From a virus (taxonomy: Duplodnaviria; Heunggongvirae; Uroviricota; Caudoviricetes): 20,995 nucleotides of DNA. Shown in pieces: positions 7,643-16,448 of this stretch (its first letter is position 1; each line of letters opens with the position of its first letter). The stretch lies in the IMG/VR virus record IMGVR_UViG_2778261417_000010; one strand, written 5' to 3'. Below the pieces are notes generated by a model, which saw only the letters and a program-made list of their open reading frames with translations, searched no databases and was not told the DNA's origin. Both the position numbers and the translations under genes were made by a program.

Positions 7643-7782
7643 AATGATCTATATCAAGATGTTATCTCACATTTATGAAAGTCCGTGGACAACGATTTTT
7701 CTGCTAATTGTTGTCAGTACGTGCCTCAACAGTGTGATTGGTGCATTGCGCGGCCAGTGACAACTATAAAAATTGATCAGAA

Positions 7783-7808
7783 CCGGCACCATGAATGCCG
7801 GTTTTTTT
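7783..7808 (+). terminator. rho-independent terminator upstream of cos
   Basis: CCGGCA (7783-7788) / loop CCATGAA / TGCCGG (7796-7801) followed by TTTTTTT (7802-7808). Confidence 0.6.
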
Positions 7809-7953
7809 GTGCTTTTTCTGTGATATCCCCGTTTTTATCTGTGCATGGTTTTGCATGTGCCGGAGTTACATGTTCTGGCTGTGCGTCCGCCAGGACTGGC
7901 GTGGCTCAAAAGCGGTATTGCAACTGCATTAAAACCGCCCCATGAAGCGGGCG

Positions 7954-7972
7954 GGCGAGGCGGGGAAAGCAC
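7954..7972. other. cos: cos site (19-nt cohesive end sequence of P2-type phages)
   Basis: GGCGAGGCGGGGAAAGCAC matches the P2 cohesive-end sequence as I recall it. Located just upstream of the Q gene end, as expected for cos in a P2 prophage. Confidence 0.7.
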
Positions 7973-8115
7973 TGCGCGCTGGCGGTGGTGCTGATTTTAT
8001 TTTTTCAGCGTCTGAGCGCGTCGTGACGGCGTTTAGTCTGCCCGTTGGGGGCGTTGGTGTGTCTGCGGGCTGTTTTGTGCTGTGGTGAGCGTGTGAGGGC
8101 GTGATGACGGGATGT

Positions 8116-8137
8116 AAAAAAGCCGCCCGCAGGCGGC
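8116..8137 (-). terminator. rho-independent terminator downstream of Q
   Basis: On the minus strand GCCGCC / loop TGCG / GGCGGC followed by TTTTTT (plus-strand A-run 8116-8121), beginning 6 nt after the Q stop. Confidence 0.55.
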
Positions 8138-8142
8138 GATGT

Positions 8143-9177
8143 TCAGCCGTTGTCAGTGTCCAGTGAGTAGTTTTTAAAGCGGATGACCTCCTGACCGAGC
8201 CAGCCGTTTATCTCGCGGATCCTGTCCTGTAACGGGATAAGCTCATTGCGGACAAAGACCTTTGCCACTTTCTCAATATCTCCCAGTGACCCGACGTTCT
8301 CCGGCTTGCCGCCCATCAACTGAAAGGGGATACGGTGCGCGTCCAGCAGGTCAGCGGCGCTGGCTTTTTTGATATTAAAAAAATCGTCCTTCGTTGCCAC
8401 TTCACTGAGCGGGATAATTTTAATGCCGTCGGCTTTCCCCTGTGGGGCATAGAGAAACAGATTTTTAAAGTTATTGCGGCCTTTCGACTTAACCATGTTT
8501 TCGCGAAGCATTTCGATATCGTTGCGGTCCTGCACGGCATCGGTGACGTACATGATGTATCCGGCATGTGCGCCGTTTTCGTAATACTTGCGGCGGAACA
8601 GCGTGGCCGACTCATTCAGCCAGGCAGAGTTAAGGGCGCTGAGATATTCCGGCAGGCCGTACAGCTCCTGATTAATATCAGGCTCCAGCAGGTGAAACAC
8701 GGAGCCGGGCGCGAAGGCTGTCGGCTCGTTGAAGGACGGCACCCACCAGTAAACATCCTCCTCCACGCCACGACGGGTATATTTGGCCGGTGAGGTTTCC
8801 AGTCTGATGACCTTACCGGTGGTGCTGTAACGCTTTTCCAGAAACGCATTACCAAACACCAGAAAATCCAGCACAAAGCGGCTGAAATCCTGCTGGGACA
8901 GCCACGGATGCGGGATAAATGTCGAGGCCAGAATATTACGTTTGACGTAAATCGGTGAGCTGTGATGCACGGCAGCACGCAGGCTTTTTGCCAGACCGGT
9001 AAAGCTGACCGGTGGCTCATACCATCTGCCGTTACTGATGCACTCGACGTAATCCAGAATGTCACGGCGGTCGAGTACCGGCACCGGCTCACCAAAGGTG
9101 AATGCCTCCATTTTCGGGGCGCTGGCGGTCATTTTTTTTGCCGCAGGTTGCGGTGTTTTCCCTTTTTTCTTGCTCAT
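8143..9177 (-). CDS. Q: capsid portal protein
   Basis: 344-aa ORF, same length as P2 gpQ as recalled. ATGA overlap with the P stop. Located between cos and P. Confidence 0.95.
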   Translation of the reverse strand: MSKKKGKTPQPAAKKMTASAPKMEAFTFGEPVPVLDRRDILDYVECISNGRWYEPPVSFTGLAKSLRAAVHHSSPIYVKRNILASTFIPHPWLSQQDFSRFVLDFLVFGNAFLEKRYSTTGKVIRLETSPAKYTRRGVEEDVYWWVPSFNEPTAFAPGSVFHLLEPDINQELYGLPEYLSALNSAWLNESATLFRRKYYENGAHAGYIMYVTDAVQDRNDIEMLRENMVKSKGRNNFKNLFLYAPQGKADGIKIIPLSEVATKDDFFNIKKASAADLLDAHRIPFQLMGGKPENVGSLGDIEKVAKVFVRNELIPLQDRIREINGWLGQEVIRFKNYSLDTDNG

Positions 9178-10949
9178 CAGTAAAACTCCAGAATGGTGGA
9201 TGTCAGCGGGGTGCTGATACCGGCGGTGAGTGGCTCATTTAACAGGGCGTGCATGGTCGCCCAGGCGAGGTCGGCGTGGCTGGCTTCCTCGCTGCGGCTG
9301 GCCTCATAGGTGGCGCTGCGTCCGCTGCTGGTCATGGTCTTGCGGATAGCCATGAACGAGCTGGTGATGTCGGTGGCGCTGACGTCATATTCCAGACAGC
9401 CACGGCGGATAACGTCTTTGGCCTTGAGCACCATTGCGGTTTTCATTTCCGGCGTGTAGCGGATATCGCGCGCGGCGGGATAGAACGAGCGCACGAGCTG
9501 GAACACACCGACACCGAGGCCGGTGGCATCAATACCGATGTATTCAACGTTATATTTTTCGGTGAGTTTGCGGATGGATTCTGCCTGGGTGGCAAAGTCC
9601 ATGCCTTTCCACTGGTGACGCTCAAGGATCCTGAATTTGCCACCGGCCACCACCGGCGGTGCCAGTACCACGCATCCGGCGCTGTCGCCACGGTGTGACG
9701 GGTCGTAACCAATCCAGACCGGGCGGGAGCCGAACGGATTTGCGGCAAACGGCGCATAGTCTTCCCATTCTTCCAGCGTGTCGACCATGCAGCGTTGCAG
9801 CTCCTCGAACGGGAACACCGACGCCTTGTCGTCAACAAATTCACACATGAACAGGTTTTTAAAATCGTCGGCGCTGTTTTCACGTTTGAGCTGCTCAATG
9901 TCGAACAGCGTGCAACCACCTTTCAGGGCGTCCTCAATGGTGACAATCTGCCGCCACTGGCCGTCCGCACAGAGAAGCCCACCGGCAAGGGCGTTATGAC
10001 TGACGTCGATTTCCACGCGTTCGGCGGCGCTGGCGCGTCCCCGGTTGAACAGTTCACCCGACCAGAACGGGTAGGCGTCGTGCGCCAGCGTGGACGGGGT
10101 GGAGAAATAGGTCGAGCGCAGGTGACTCTGTGAGGCCATACCTGATGCCACCTTACGCAGTACCTGAAAATTCGGGATCCAGAAAATCTCGTCGACGTAC
10201 AGGTCGCCGTTATGGCTCTGTGCGGTGTTGGAGTTGGTGCCGAGAAAAATCAGTTTTGCGCCGTTATTGCCCAGGACAATCGGGTCACCGGTCAGGTCAA
10301 CGTCAACCAGCCGGGCAAAGGCGATGATGTATTCGCGGAACACATACGCCTGCGTTTTACTGGCCGACAGAAAAATCTGGTTATGACCGGTTTTCAGGGC
10401 ACGCAGCAGCGCCTCGCGGGAAAAATAAAACGTCGCGCCAATCTGGCGGGATTTCAGGATATCGCGGATGCGGTGCTCAAGCCCGGCGCGATACCAGTGC
10501 AACTGATATTCGAAAGACTGCTCAAAGAAAATCTGCTCCAGCTTTTCGATGGCCTCGTCACTGAAAAAATTCTTTTTTGGTTTGCGCCGCCCGCCTTTGT
10601 TGCGGTTAGCGACGTTCGGATTAAGGTCTGCCTCGTTGCCGGTCTGGCTGTAACGGTTTACCCGTGCCAGTCGTTCAATCTGGCGTCCCAGCAGGTCAAT
10701 TTCCTTGAAGTCACCGCCGGTTTTCTGCGGTTTGATGATGAGCTGGGTCAGCCGCGCTTCCAGACTCATTTCGACACGGCTGATGGGAGCAACGCTGTCC
10801 CAGCCGTCGCGCTGTTTCCAGCTCTGCACCGTCGGGCGTTTCATCTGCAACATGGCGGCAATCTGCGGCACGGAAAACCCCTGCCAGTACAGCAGCGCCG
10901 CCTGACGACGCGGGTCGTGTAAAAGAGTGGTGTCTGTGGTGATGGTCAT
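9177..10949 (-). CDS. P: terminase large (ATPase) subunit
   Basis: ORF track start 10979 is TTG. ATG at 10947-10949 (MTITTDTTLLHDP...) has GAGGT 5 nt upstream and gives 590 aa, the P2 gpP length as recalled. Confidence 0.95.
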   Translation of the reverse strand: MTITTDTTLLHDPRRQAALLYWQGFSVPQIAAMLQMKRPTVQSWKQRDGWDSVAPISRVEMSLEARLTQLIIKPQKTGGDFKEIDLLGRQIERLARVNRYSQTGNEADLNPNVANRNKGGRRKPKKNFFSDEAIEKLEQIFFEQSFEYQLHWYRAGLEHRIRDILKSRQIGATFYFSREALLRALKTGHNQIFLSASKTQAYVFREYIIAFARLVDVDLTGDPIVLGNNGAKLIFLGTNSNTAQSHNGDLYVDEIFWIPNFQVLRKVASGMASQSHLRSTYFSTPSTLAHDAYPFWSGELFNRGRASAAERVEIDVSHNALAGGLLCADGQWRQIVTIEDALKGGCTLFDIEQLKRENSADDFKNLFMCEFVDDKASVFPFEELQRCMVDTLEEWEDYAPFAANPFGSRPVWIGYDPSHRGDSAGCVVLAPPVVAGGKFRILERHQWKGMDFATQAESIRKLTEKYNVEYIGIDATGLGVGVFQLVRSFYPAARDIRYTPEMKTAMVLKAKDVIRRGCLEYDVSATDITSSFMAIRKTMTSSGRSATYEASRSEEASHADLAWATMHALLNEPLTAGISTPLTSTILEFY

Positions 10950-11122
10950 GAATACCTCGCCGTGATGAATACACGGCAAGGCTACTGAGTCGCGCCCCGC
11001 GATTCGCTAAGGTGCTGTTGTGTCAGTGATAAGCCATCCGGGACTGATGGCGGAGGATGCGCATCGTCGGGAAACTGATGCCGACATGTGACTCCTCTAA
11101 TCACTATTCAGGACTCCTGACA
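10950..11122. promoter_or_regulatory. divergent late-promoter region between P (leftward) and O (rightward)
   Basis: Intergenic region between divergent late operons; in P2 this holds the Ogr-dependent promoters PP and PO. I could not find an exact TGT-N12-ACA dyad, so the call is by position only. Confidence 0.35.
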
Positions 11123-11977
11123 ATGGCAAAAAAAGTCTCAAAATTCTTTCGTATCGGCGTTGAGGGTGACACCTGTGACGGGCGTGTCATCAGTGCGCAG
11201 GATATTCAGGAAATGGCCGAAACCTTTGACCCGCGAGTCTATGGTTGCCGCATTAACCTGGAACATCTGCGCGGCATCCTGCCTGACGGTATTTTTAAGC
11301 GTTATGGCGATGTGGTCGAACTGAAGGCCGAAAAGATTGACGATGATTCGGCGCTGAAAGGCAAATGGGCGCTGTTTGCGAAAATCACCCCGACCGACGA
11401 CCTTATCGCGATGAACAAGGCCGCGCAGAAGGTCTACACCTCAATGGAAATTCAGCCGAACTTTGCCAACACCGGCAAATGTTATCTGGTGGGGCTGGCC
11501 GTCACCGATGACCCGGCAAGCCTCGGCACGGAATACCTGGAATTCTGCCGCACGGCAAAACACAACCCCCTGAACCGCTTCAAATTAAGCCCTGAAAACC
11601 TGATTTCAGTGGCAACGCCTGTTGAGCTGGAATTTGAAGACCTGCCTGAAACCGTGTTCACAGCCCTGACCGAAAAGGTGAAATCCATTTTTGGCCGCAA
11701 ACAGGCCAGCGATGACGCCCGTCTGAATGACGTGCATGAAGCGGTGACCGCTGTCGCTGAGCATGTGCAGGAAAAACTGAGCGCCACTGAGCAGCGCCTT
11801 GCTGAGATGGAAACCGCCTTTTCCGCACTTAAGCAGGATGTGACTGACAGGGCGGATGAAACCAGCCAGGCATTCACCCGCCTGAAAAACAGTCTCGACC
11901 ACACCGAAAGTCTGACCCAGCAGCGCCGCAGCAAGGCCACCGGCGGTGGCGGTGACGCCCTGATGACGAACTGCTGA
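11123..11977 (+). CDS. O: capsid scaffolding protein
   Basis: ORF track start 11057 is an ATG immediately abutting GGAGG (no spacer). ATG 11123 (MAKKVSKFFRIGVEGDTCDG...) gives 284 aa, the P2 gpO length and N-terminus as recalled. Confidence 0.9.
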   Translation: MAKKVSKFFRIGVEGDTCDGRVISAQDIQEMAETFDPRVYGCRINLEHLRGILPDGIFKRYGDVVELKAEKIDDDSALKGKWALFAKITPTDDLIAMNKAAQKVYTSMEIQPNFANTGKCYLVGLAVTDDPASLGTEYLEFCRTAKHNPLNRFKLSPENLISVATPVELEFEDLPETVFTALTEKVKSIFGRKQASDDARLNDVHEAVTAVAEHVQEKLSATEQRLAEMETAFSALKQDVTDRADETSQAFTRLKNSLDHTESLTQQRRSKATGGGGDALMTNC

Positions 11978-12035
11978 CCGGCGTCAGTCAGTCCGGAAAA
12001 ACCTTCACGATTAACCCTTAATTTCAGGAAAAACT

Positions 12036-13109
12036 ATGCGCCAGGAAACCCGCTTTAAATTTAATGCCTACCTGTCCCGTGTTGCCGAACTGAACGGCAT
12101 CGACGCCGGTGATGTGTCGAAAAAATTCACCGTTGAACCGTCGGTCACCCAGACCCTGATGAACACCATGCAGGAGTCCTCTGACTTTCTGACCCGCATC
12201 AACATTGTGCCGGTCAGCGAAATGAAAGGGGAAAAAATTGGTATCGGTGTCACCGGCTCCATCGCCAGCACTACCGACACTGCCGGTGGTACCGAGCGTC
12301 AGCCGAAGGACTTCTCGAAGCTGGCGTCAAACAAGTACGAATGCGACCAGATTAACTTCGATTTTTATATCCGCTACAAAACGCTGGACCTATGGGCGCG
12401 TTATCAGGATTTCCAGCTCCGTGTCCGTAACGCCATTATCAAACGCCAGTCCCTTGATTTAATCATGGCCGGTTTTAACGGCGTGAGGCGTGCCGAAACC
12501 TCTGACCGCAGCAGTAACCAGATGCTGCAGGATGTGGCGGTCGGCTGGCTGCAGAAATACCGCAATGAAGCCCCGGCGCGCGTGATGAGCAAGGTTACTG
12601 ACGAGGAAGGTCGCACCACCTCTGAGGTCATCCGCGTGGGTAAGGGCGGTGATTATGCCAGCCTCGATGCACTGGTGATGGATGCGACCAACAACCTGAT
12701 TGAGCCGTGGTATCAGGAAGACCCTGACCTTGTGGTGATTGTGGGGCGTCAGCTACTGGCGGACAAGTATTTCCCCATCGTTAACAAGGAGCAGGACAAC
12801 AGCGAAATGCTGGCCGCTGACGTCATCATCAGCCAGAAACGCATCGGTAACCTGCCGGCGGTACGCGTCCCGTACTTCCCGGCGGATGCGATGCTCATCA
12901 CGAAGCTGGAAAACCTGTCCATCTACTACATGGATGACAGCCATCGCCGCGTGATTGAGGAAAACCCGAAACTCGACCGCGTGGAGAACTACGAGTCAAT
13001 GAACATTGATTACGTGGTGGAAGACTACGCCGCCGGTTGTCTGGTGGAAAAAATTAAGGTCGGTGATTTCTCCACACCGGTTAAGGCGACCGCAGAGCCG
13101 GGAGCGTAA
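12036..13109 (+). CDS. N: major capsid protein
   Basis: 357-aa ORF following O; length and position match P2 gpN. Confidence 0.95.
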   Translation: MRQETRFKFNAYLSRVAELNGIDAGDVSKKFTVEPSVTQTLMNTMQESSDFLTRINIVPVSEMKGEKIGIGVTGSIASTTDTAGGTERQPKDFSKLASNKYECDQINFDFYIRYKTLDLWARYQDFQLRVRNAIIKRQSLDLIMAGFNGVRRAETSDRSSNQMLQDVAVGWLQKYRNEAPARVMSKVTDEEGRTTSEVIRVGKGGDYASLDALVMDATNNLIEPWYQEDPDLVVIVGRQLLADKYFPIVNKEQDNSEMLAADVIISQKRIGNLPAVRVPYFPADAMLITKLENLSIYYMDDSHRRVIEENPKLDRVENYESMNIDYVVEDYAAGCLVEKIKVGDFSTPVKATAEPGA

Positions 13110-13112
13110 CCG

Positions 13113-13856
13113 ATGACGAGTCCCGCACAGCGCCACATGATGCGGGTCTCGGCAGCGATGACCGCGCAGCGGGAAGCCGCCCCGCTGCGACATGCAACTG
13201 TCTATGAGCAGATGCTGGTTAAGCTGGCCGCAGACCAGCGCACACTGAAAGCGATTTATTCAAAAGAGCTGAAGGCCGCGAAAAAACGCGAGCTGCTGCC
13301 GTTCTGGTTGCCGTGGGTGAACGGCGTGCTGGAGCAGGGCAAAGGTGCACAGGATGACATTCTGATGACGGTCATGCTGTGGCGTCTGGATACCGGTGAT
13401 ATTGCCGGTGCGCTGGAGATTGCCCGTTATGCCCTGAAGTACGGTCTGACCATGCCGGGTAAACACCGCCGCACCCCGCCGTACATGTTCACCGAGGAGG
13501 TCGCACTCGCGGCCATGCGCGCCCACGCTGCCGGTGAGTCTGTAGCTCCCCGCCTGCTGACGGAGACCCTCGAACTGACCGCCACGGCTGACATGCCTGA
13601 TGAAGTGCGCGCAAAGCTGCACAAAATCACCGGTCTGTTTCTGCGTGACGCTGGTGATGCCGCCGGTGCGCTGGCGCACCTGCAACGTGCGACACAGCTC
13701 GACTGTCAGGCAGGCGTCAAAAAAGAGATTGAACGACTGGAGCGGGAGCTGAAACCGAAGCCGGAGCCGCAGCCAAAAGCGGTCACCCGCGCCCCGCGTA
13801 AGACCCGGAGCGTGACCCCGGCAAAACGTGGACGCCCGAAAAAGAAAGCCAGTTAA
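13113..13856 (+). CDS. M: terminase endonuclease (small) subunit
   Basis: 247-aa ORF starting 3 nt after the N stop; basic Pro/Lys-rich C-terminal tail. Matches P2 gpM length and position. Confidence 0.9.
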   Translation: MTSPAQRHMMRVSAAMTAQREAAPLRHATVYEQMLVKLAADQRTLKAIYSKELKAAKKRELLPFWLPWVNGVLEQGKGAQDDILMTVMLWRLDTGDIAGALEIARYALKYGLTMPGKHRRTPPYMFTEEVALAAMRAHAAGESVAPRLLTETLELTATADMPDEVRAKLHKITGLFLRDAGDAAGALAHLQRATQLDCQAGVKKEIERLERELKPKPEPQPKAVTRAPRKTRSVTPAKRGRPKKKAS

Positions 13857-13955
13857 CAACCGAATGCGCCCCGCGCCAGGGCGGCACGCCGGTCAGTGAG
13901 GGTGAATCACCTGACACTGTACCGGCGTCCACCGCCCGACTTTTCAGAGGTGGTC

Positions 13956-14465
13956 ATGATGACGCTGATTATTCCGCGAAAGGAGGCTCCTGTATCCGGT
14001 GAGGGTACGGTGGTCATCCCGCAACCGGCAGGCGACGAGCCGGTGATTAAAAACACGTTCTTTTTTCCCGATATCGACCCGAAGCGCGTCCGGGAACGTA
14101 TGCGCCTTGAGCAGACCGTCGCCCCCGCCCGTCTGCGTGAGGCCATCAAGTCAGGCATGGCGGAGACGAATGCGGAGCTGTACGAGTACCGCGAACAGAA
14201 AATTGCCGCCGGTTTTACGCGTCTGGCGGACGTCCCGGCGGACGACATCGACGGTGAAAGCATCAAAGTTTTTTACTACGAGCGCGCCGTGTGTGCGATG
14301 GCGACCGCGTCGCTTTATGAGCGTTATCGCGGCGTGGATGCCAGTGCGAAAGGCGACAAGAAGGCTGACAGCATTGACAGCACCATTGATGAACTGTGGC
14401 GGGATATGCGCTGGGCGGTGGCGCGTATCCAGGACAAGCCGCGCTGCATCGTGAGTCAAATCTGA
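13956..14465 (+). CDS. L: head completion / stabilisation protein
   Basis: ORF track start 13896 has no SD. ATG 13956 or 13959 (MMTLIIPRKEA...) follows GAGGTGG and gives about 169 aa, the P2 gpL length. ATGA overlap with X at the 3' end. Confidence 0.85.
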   Translation: MMTLIIPRKEAPVSGEGTVVIPQPAGDEPVIKNTFFFPDIDPKRVRERMRLEQTVAPARLREAIKSGMAETNAELYEYREQKIAAGFTRLADVPADDIDGESIKVFYYERAVCAMATASLYERYRGVDASAKGDKKADSIDSTIDELWRDMRWAVARIQDKPRCIVSQI

Positions 14466-14668
14466 TGAAGACCTTTGCGCTACAGGGCGACACGCTCGAC
14501 GCCATTTGTGTCCGGTATTACGGGCGCACTGAGGGCGTGGTTGAGACCGTGCTCGCCGCAAATCCGGGACTGGCTGAACTGGGTGCGGTGCTGCCACACG
14601 GCACCGCCGTCGAACTGCCCGACGTTCAGACCGCGCCCGTGGCTGAAACTGTCAATCTGTGGGAGTAA
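14465..14668 (+). CDS. X: tail protein X (LysM-like)
   Basis: ORF track start 14396 rejected. ATG 14465 overlaps the L stop and gives 67 aa (MKTFALQGDTLDAICVRYYGRTEG...), the P2 gpX length. Confidence 0.85.
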   Translation: MKTFALQGDTLDAICVRYYGRTEGVVETVLAANPGLAELGAVLPHGTAVELPDVQTAPVAETVNLWE

Positions 14669-14671
14669 CGC

Positions 14672-14953
14672 ATGACAGCAGAAGAAAAAAGCGTCCTGTC
14701 GCTTTTCATGATTGGGGTGCTGATTGTTGTCGGCAAGGTGCTTGCCGGTGGTGAACCCATCACCCCGCGTCTGTTTATCGGGCGCATGTTGCTCGGTGGT
14801 TTTGTCTCGATGGTTGCCGGTGTTGTTCTGGTGCAGTTTCCTGACCTGTCACTGCCTGCGGTGTGCGGCATCGGCTCCATGCTGGGTATCGCCGGTTATC
14901 AGGTAATTGAGATTGCCATTCAGCGCCGCTTTAAGGGCAGGGGGAAACCGTAA
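14672..14953 (+). CDS. Y: holin
   Basis: 93-aa ORF with GGGAG upstream and hydrophobic segments (VLSLFMIGVLIVVGKVLAGG, FVSMVAGVVLVQF). First gene of the lysis cassette. Confidence 0.85.
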   Translation: MTAEEKSVLSLFMIGVLIVVGKVLAGGEPITPRLFIGRMLLGGFVSMVAGVVLVQFPDLSLPAVCGIGSMLGIAGYQVIEIAIQRRFKGRGKP

Positions 14954-15450
14954 TGCCGGTAATTAACACACATCAGAATATCGCCGCCTTTCTCGACATG
15001 CTGGCCGTGTCCGAAGGGACGGCGAATCATCCGCTGACGAAAAACCGGGGCTATGACGTGATAGTCACCGGACTGGACGGAAAGCCGGAAATTTTCACCG
15101 ACTACAGTGACCACCCGTTCGCGCATGGCCGACCGGCGAAGGTGTTTAACCGTCGCGGTGAAAAATCCACGGCCTCCGGTCGCTATCAGCAGCTTTACCT
15201 GTTCTGGCCGCACTACCGCAAACAGCTTGCCCTGCCGGATTTCAGTCCGTTGTCACAGGACAGACTTGCCATTCAGTTGATCCGTGAACGCGGTGCACTG
15301 GATGACATCCGGGCGGGACGCATTGAGCGCGCCATTTCACGCTGTCGCAATATCTGGGCGTCCCTGCCGGGTGCCGGTTACGGTCAGCGTGAGCATTCAC
15401 TGGAAAAACTGGTCACCGTCTGGCGTACCGCTGGCGGCGTACCGGCTTAA
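14953..15450 (+). CDS. K: endolysin
   Basis: 165-aa soluble ORF directly after the holin, TAATG coupling. Length and position match P2 gpK. Confidence 0.9.
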   Translation: MPVINTHQNIAAFLDMLAVSEGTANHPLTKNRGYDVIVTGLDGKPEIFTDYSDHPFAHGRPAKVFNRRGEKSTASGRYQQLYLFWPHYRKQLALPDFSPLSQDRLAIQLIRERGALDDIRAGRIERAISRCRNIWASLPGAGYGQREHSLEKLVTVWRTAGGVPA

Positions 15451-15464
15451 ACGGAGTAAACACC

Positions 15465-15890
15465 ATGAAGAAATTATCCCTTTCACTGATGCTGAACGTG
15501 TCGCTGGCGCTGATGCTGGCACTGTCCCTGATTTACCCGCAGAGCGTGGCCGTCAGTTTTGTCGCCACCTGGGCGATTCTGGCGACGGTTATCTGTGTGG
15601 TTGCCGGTGGTGTCGGCGTGTATGCCACGGAGTATGTGCTGGAACGCTACGGGCGGGAGCTGCCGCCGGAATCGCTGGCCGTGAAGATTGTCACGTCGCT
15701 GTTTTTGCAGCCGGTGCCGTGGCGCAGACGGGCGGCGGCTCTGGTGGTGATGGTGGCGACATTTATCTCGCTGGTCGCCGCCGGATGGATTTTTACCGCG
15801 CTGATTTATCTCGTGGCGTCACTGTTTTTCCGGCTGATACGCACGGCCTGCCGTCAGCGTTTTGAGGGGCGGGAACCATGTCAAAGCTGA
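15465..15890 (+). CDS. lysA: lysis-timing membrane protein LysA
   Basis: 141-aa ORF with GGAG upstream and several predicted transmembrane segments. Position matches P2 lysA. Confidence 0.8.
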   Translation: MKKLSLSLMLNVSLALMLALSLIYPQSVAVSFVATWAILATVICVVAGGVGVYATEYVLERYGRELPPESLAVKIVTSLFLQPVPWRRRAAALVVMVATFISLVAAGWIFTALIYLVASLFFRLIRTACRQRFEGREPCQS

Positions 15891-16303
15891 TGATTGTGCT
15901 GGTCGTGTTGTTATCGCTGGCGGTGGCGGGGCTGTTTCTGGCGAAGCATGAAAACGCCAGCCTGCGCGCCTCGCTGGACAGGGCGAACAACGTCGCCAGC
16001 GGGCAGCAGACGACCATCACCATGCTGAAAAATCAGCTTCATGTTGCCCTCACCAGGGCAGACAAAAACGAGCTGGCGCAGGTGGCACTGCGTCAGGAGC
16101 TGGAAAACGCCGCGAAGCGTGAAGCACAGCGCGAGAAAACCATCACGAGGTTACTGAATGAAAACGAAGATTTTCGCCGCTGGTACGGTGCTGACCTGCC
16201 TGATGCTGTGCGCCGGTTGCACCAGCGCCCGGCCTGCACCGACGCCAGTGATTGTCGCCAACGCCTGCCCGAAAGTGAGCCTTTGCCCGATGCCGGGCAG
16301 TGA
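15878..16303 (+). CDS. lysB: Rz-like inner-membrane spanin LysB
   Basis: 141-aa ORF with an N-terminal transmembrane helix (LMIVLVVLLSLAVAGLFLA) then a charged helical region. Confidence 0.8.
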   Translation: MSKLMIVLVVLLSLAVAGLFLAKHENASLRASLDRANNVASGQQTTITMLKNQLHVALTRADKNELAQVALRQELENAAKREAQREKTITRLLNENEDFRRWYGADLPDAVRRLHQRPACTDASDCRQRLPESEPLPDAGQ

Positions 16304-16448
16304 CCCGGAGACGAACGGCGATTTAAGTGCCGATATCCGGCAGCTTGAGAACGCGCTGGCACGTTGTGCCAGCCAGGTAAAAATGATTAAACACTGTCAG
16401 GACGGAAACGATGCTCAAACCCGACAGCCTGCGCAGGGCGCTGACTGA
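16158..16448 (+). CDS. lysC: Rz1-like outer-membrane lipoprotein spanin LysC, nested out of frame in lysB
   Basis: 96-aa ORF in a different frame, starting inside lysB and ending inside R. GAGG 7 nt upstream. Signal peptide with lipobox (LTCLMLCAGC). Confidence 0.75.
   Translation: MKTKIFAAGTVLTCLMLCAGCTSARPAPTPVIVANACPKVSLCPMPGSDPETNGDLSADIRQLENALARCASQVKMIKHCQDGNDAQTRQPAQGAD

Noticed and set aside
7685-7945. 86-aa plus-strand ORF between the cargo island and cos
   Set aside because: It reads straight through a strong intrinsic terminator (7783-7808) and ends next to cos; cysteine-rich translation typical of non-coding sequence.
8316-10974. Multiple long ORFs overlapping Q and P on the opposite strand or in other frames (e.g. 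10212-10922, 8616-9095, 9443-9919)
   Set aside because: They lie within well-supported GC-rich terminase and portal genes; long antisense ORFs are expected by chance in GC-rich coding DNA.
10950-11122. Exact TGT-N12-ACA late-promoter dyad in the P-O intergenic region
   Set aside because: Searched by eye and found no exact match; my recollection of the motif may be imprecise, so the region is called by position only.
2389-14396. Longest-ORF starts using TTG/GTG or poorly spaced ATG (2389, 3365, 4114, 10979, 11057, 13896, 14396)
   Set aside because: Internal ATGs with better Shine-Dalgarno spacing and/or stop-start coupling give P2-like lengths; coordinates adjusted accordingly, with residual uncertainty for A, B and L.
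11482-14880. Antisense and alternative-frame ORFs inside O, N, M, L and X (e.g. 11482-11940, 13260-13859, 14151-14597)
   Set aside because: Same reasoning; Arg/Ser/Cys-rich low-complexity translations typical of the wrong frame in GC-rich DNA.
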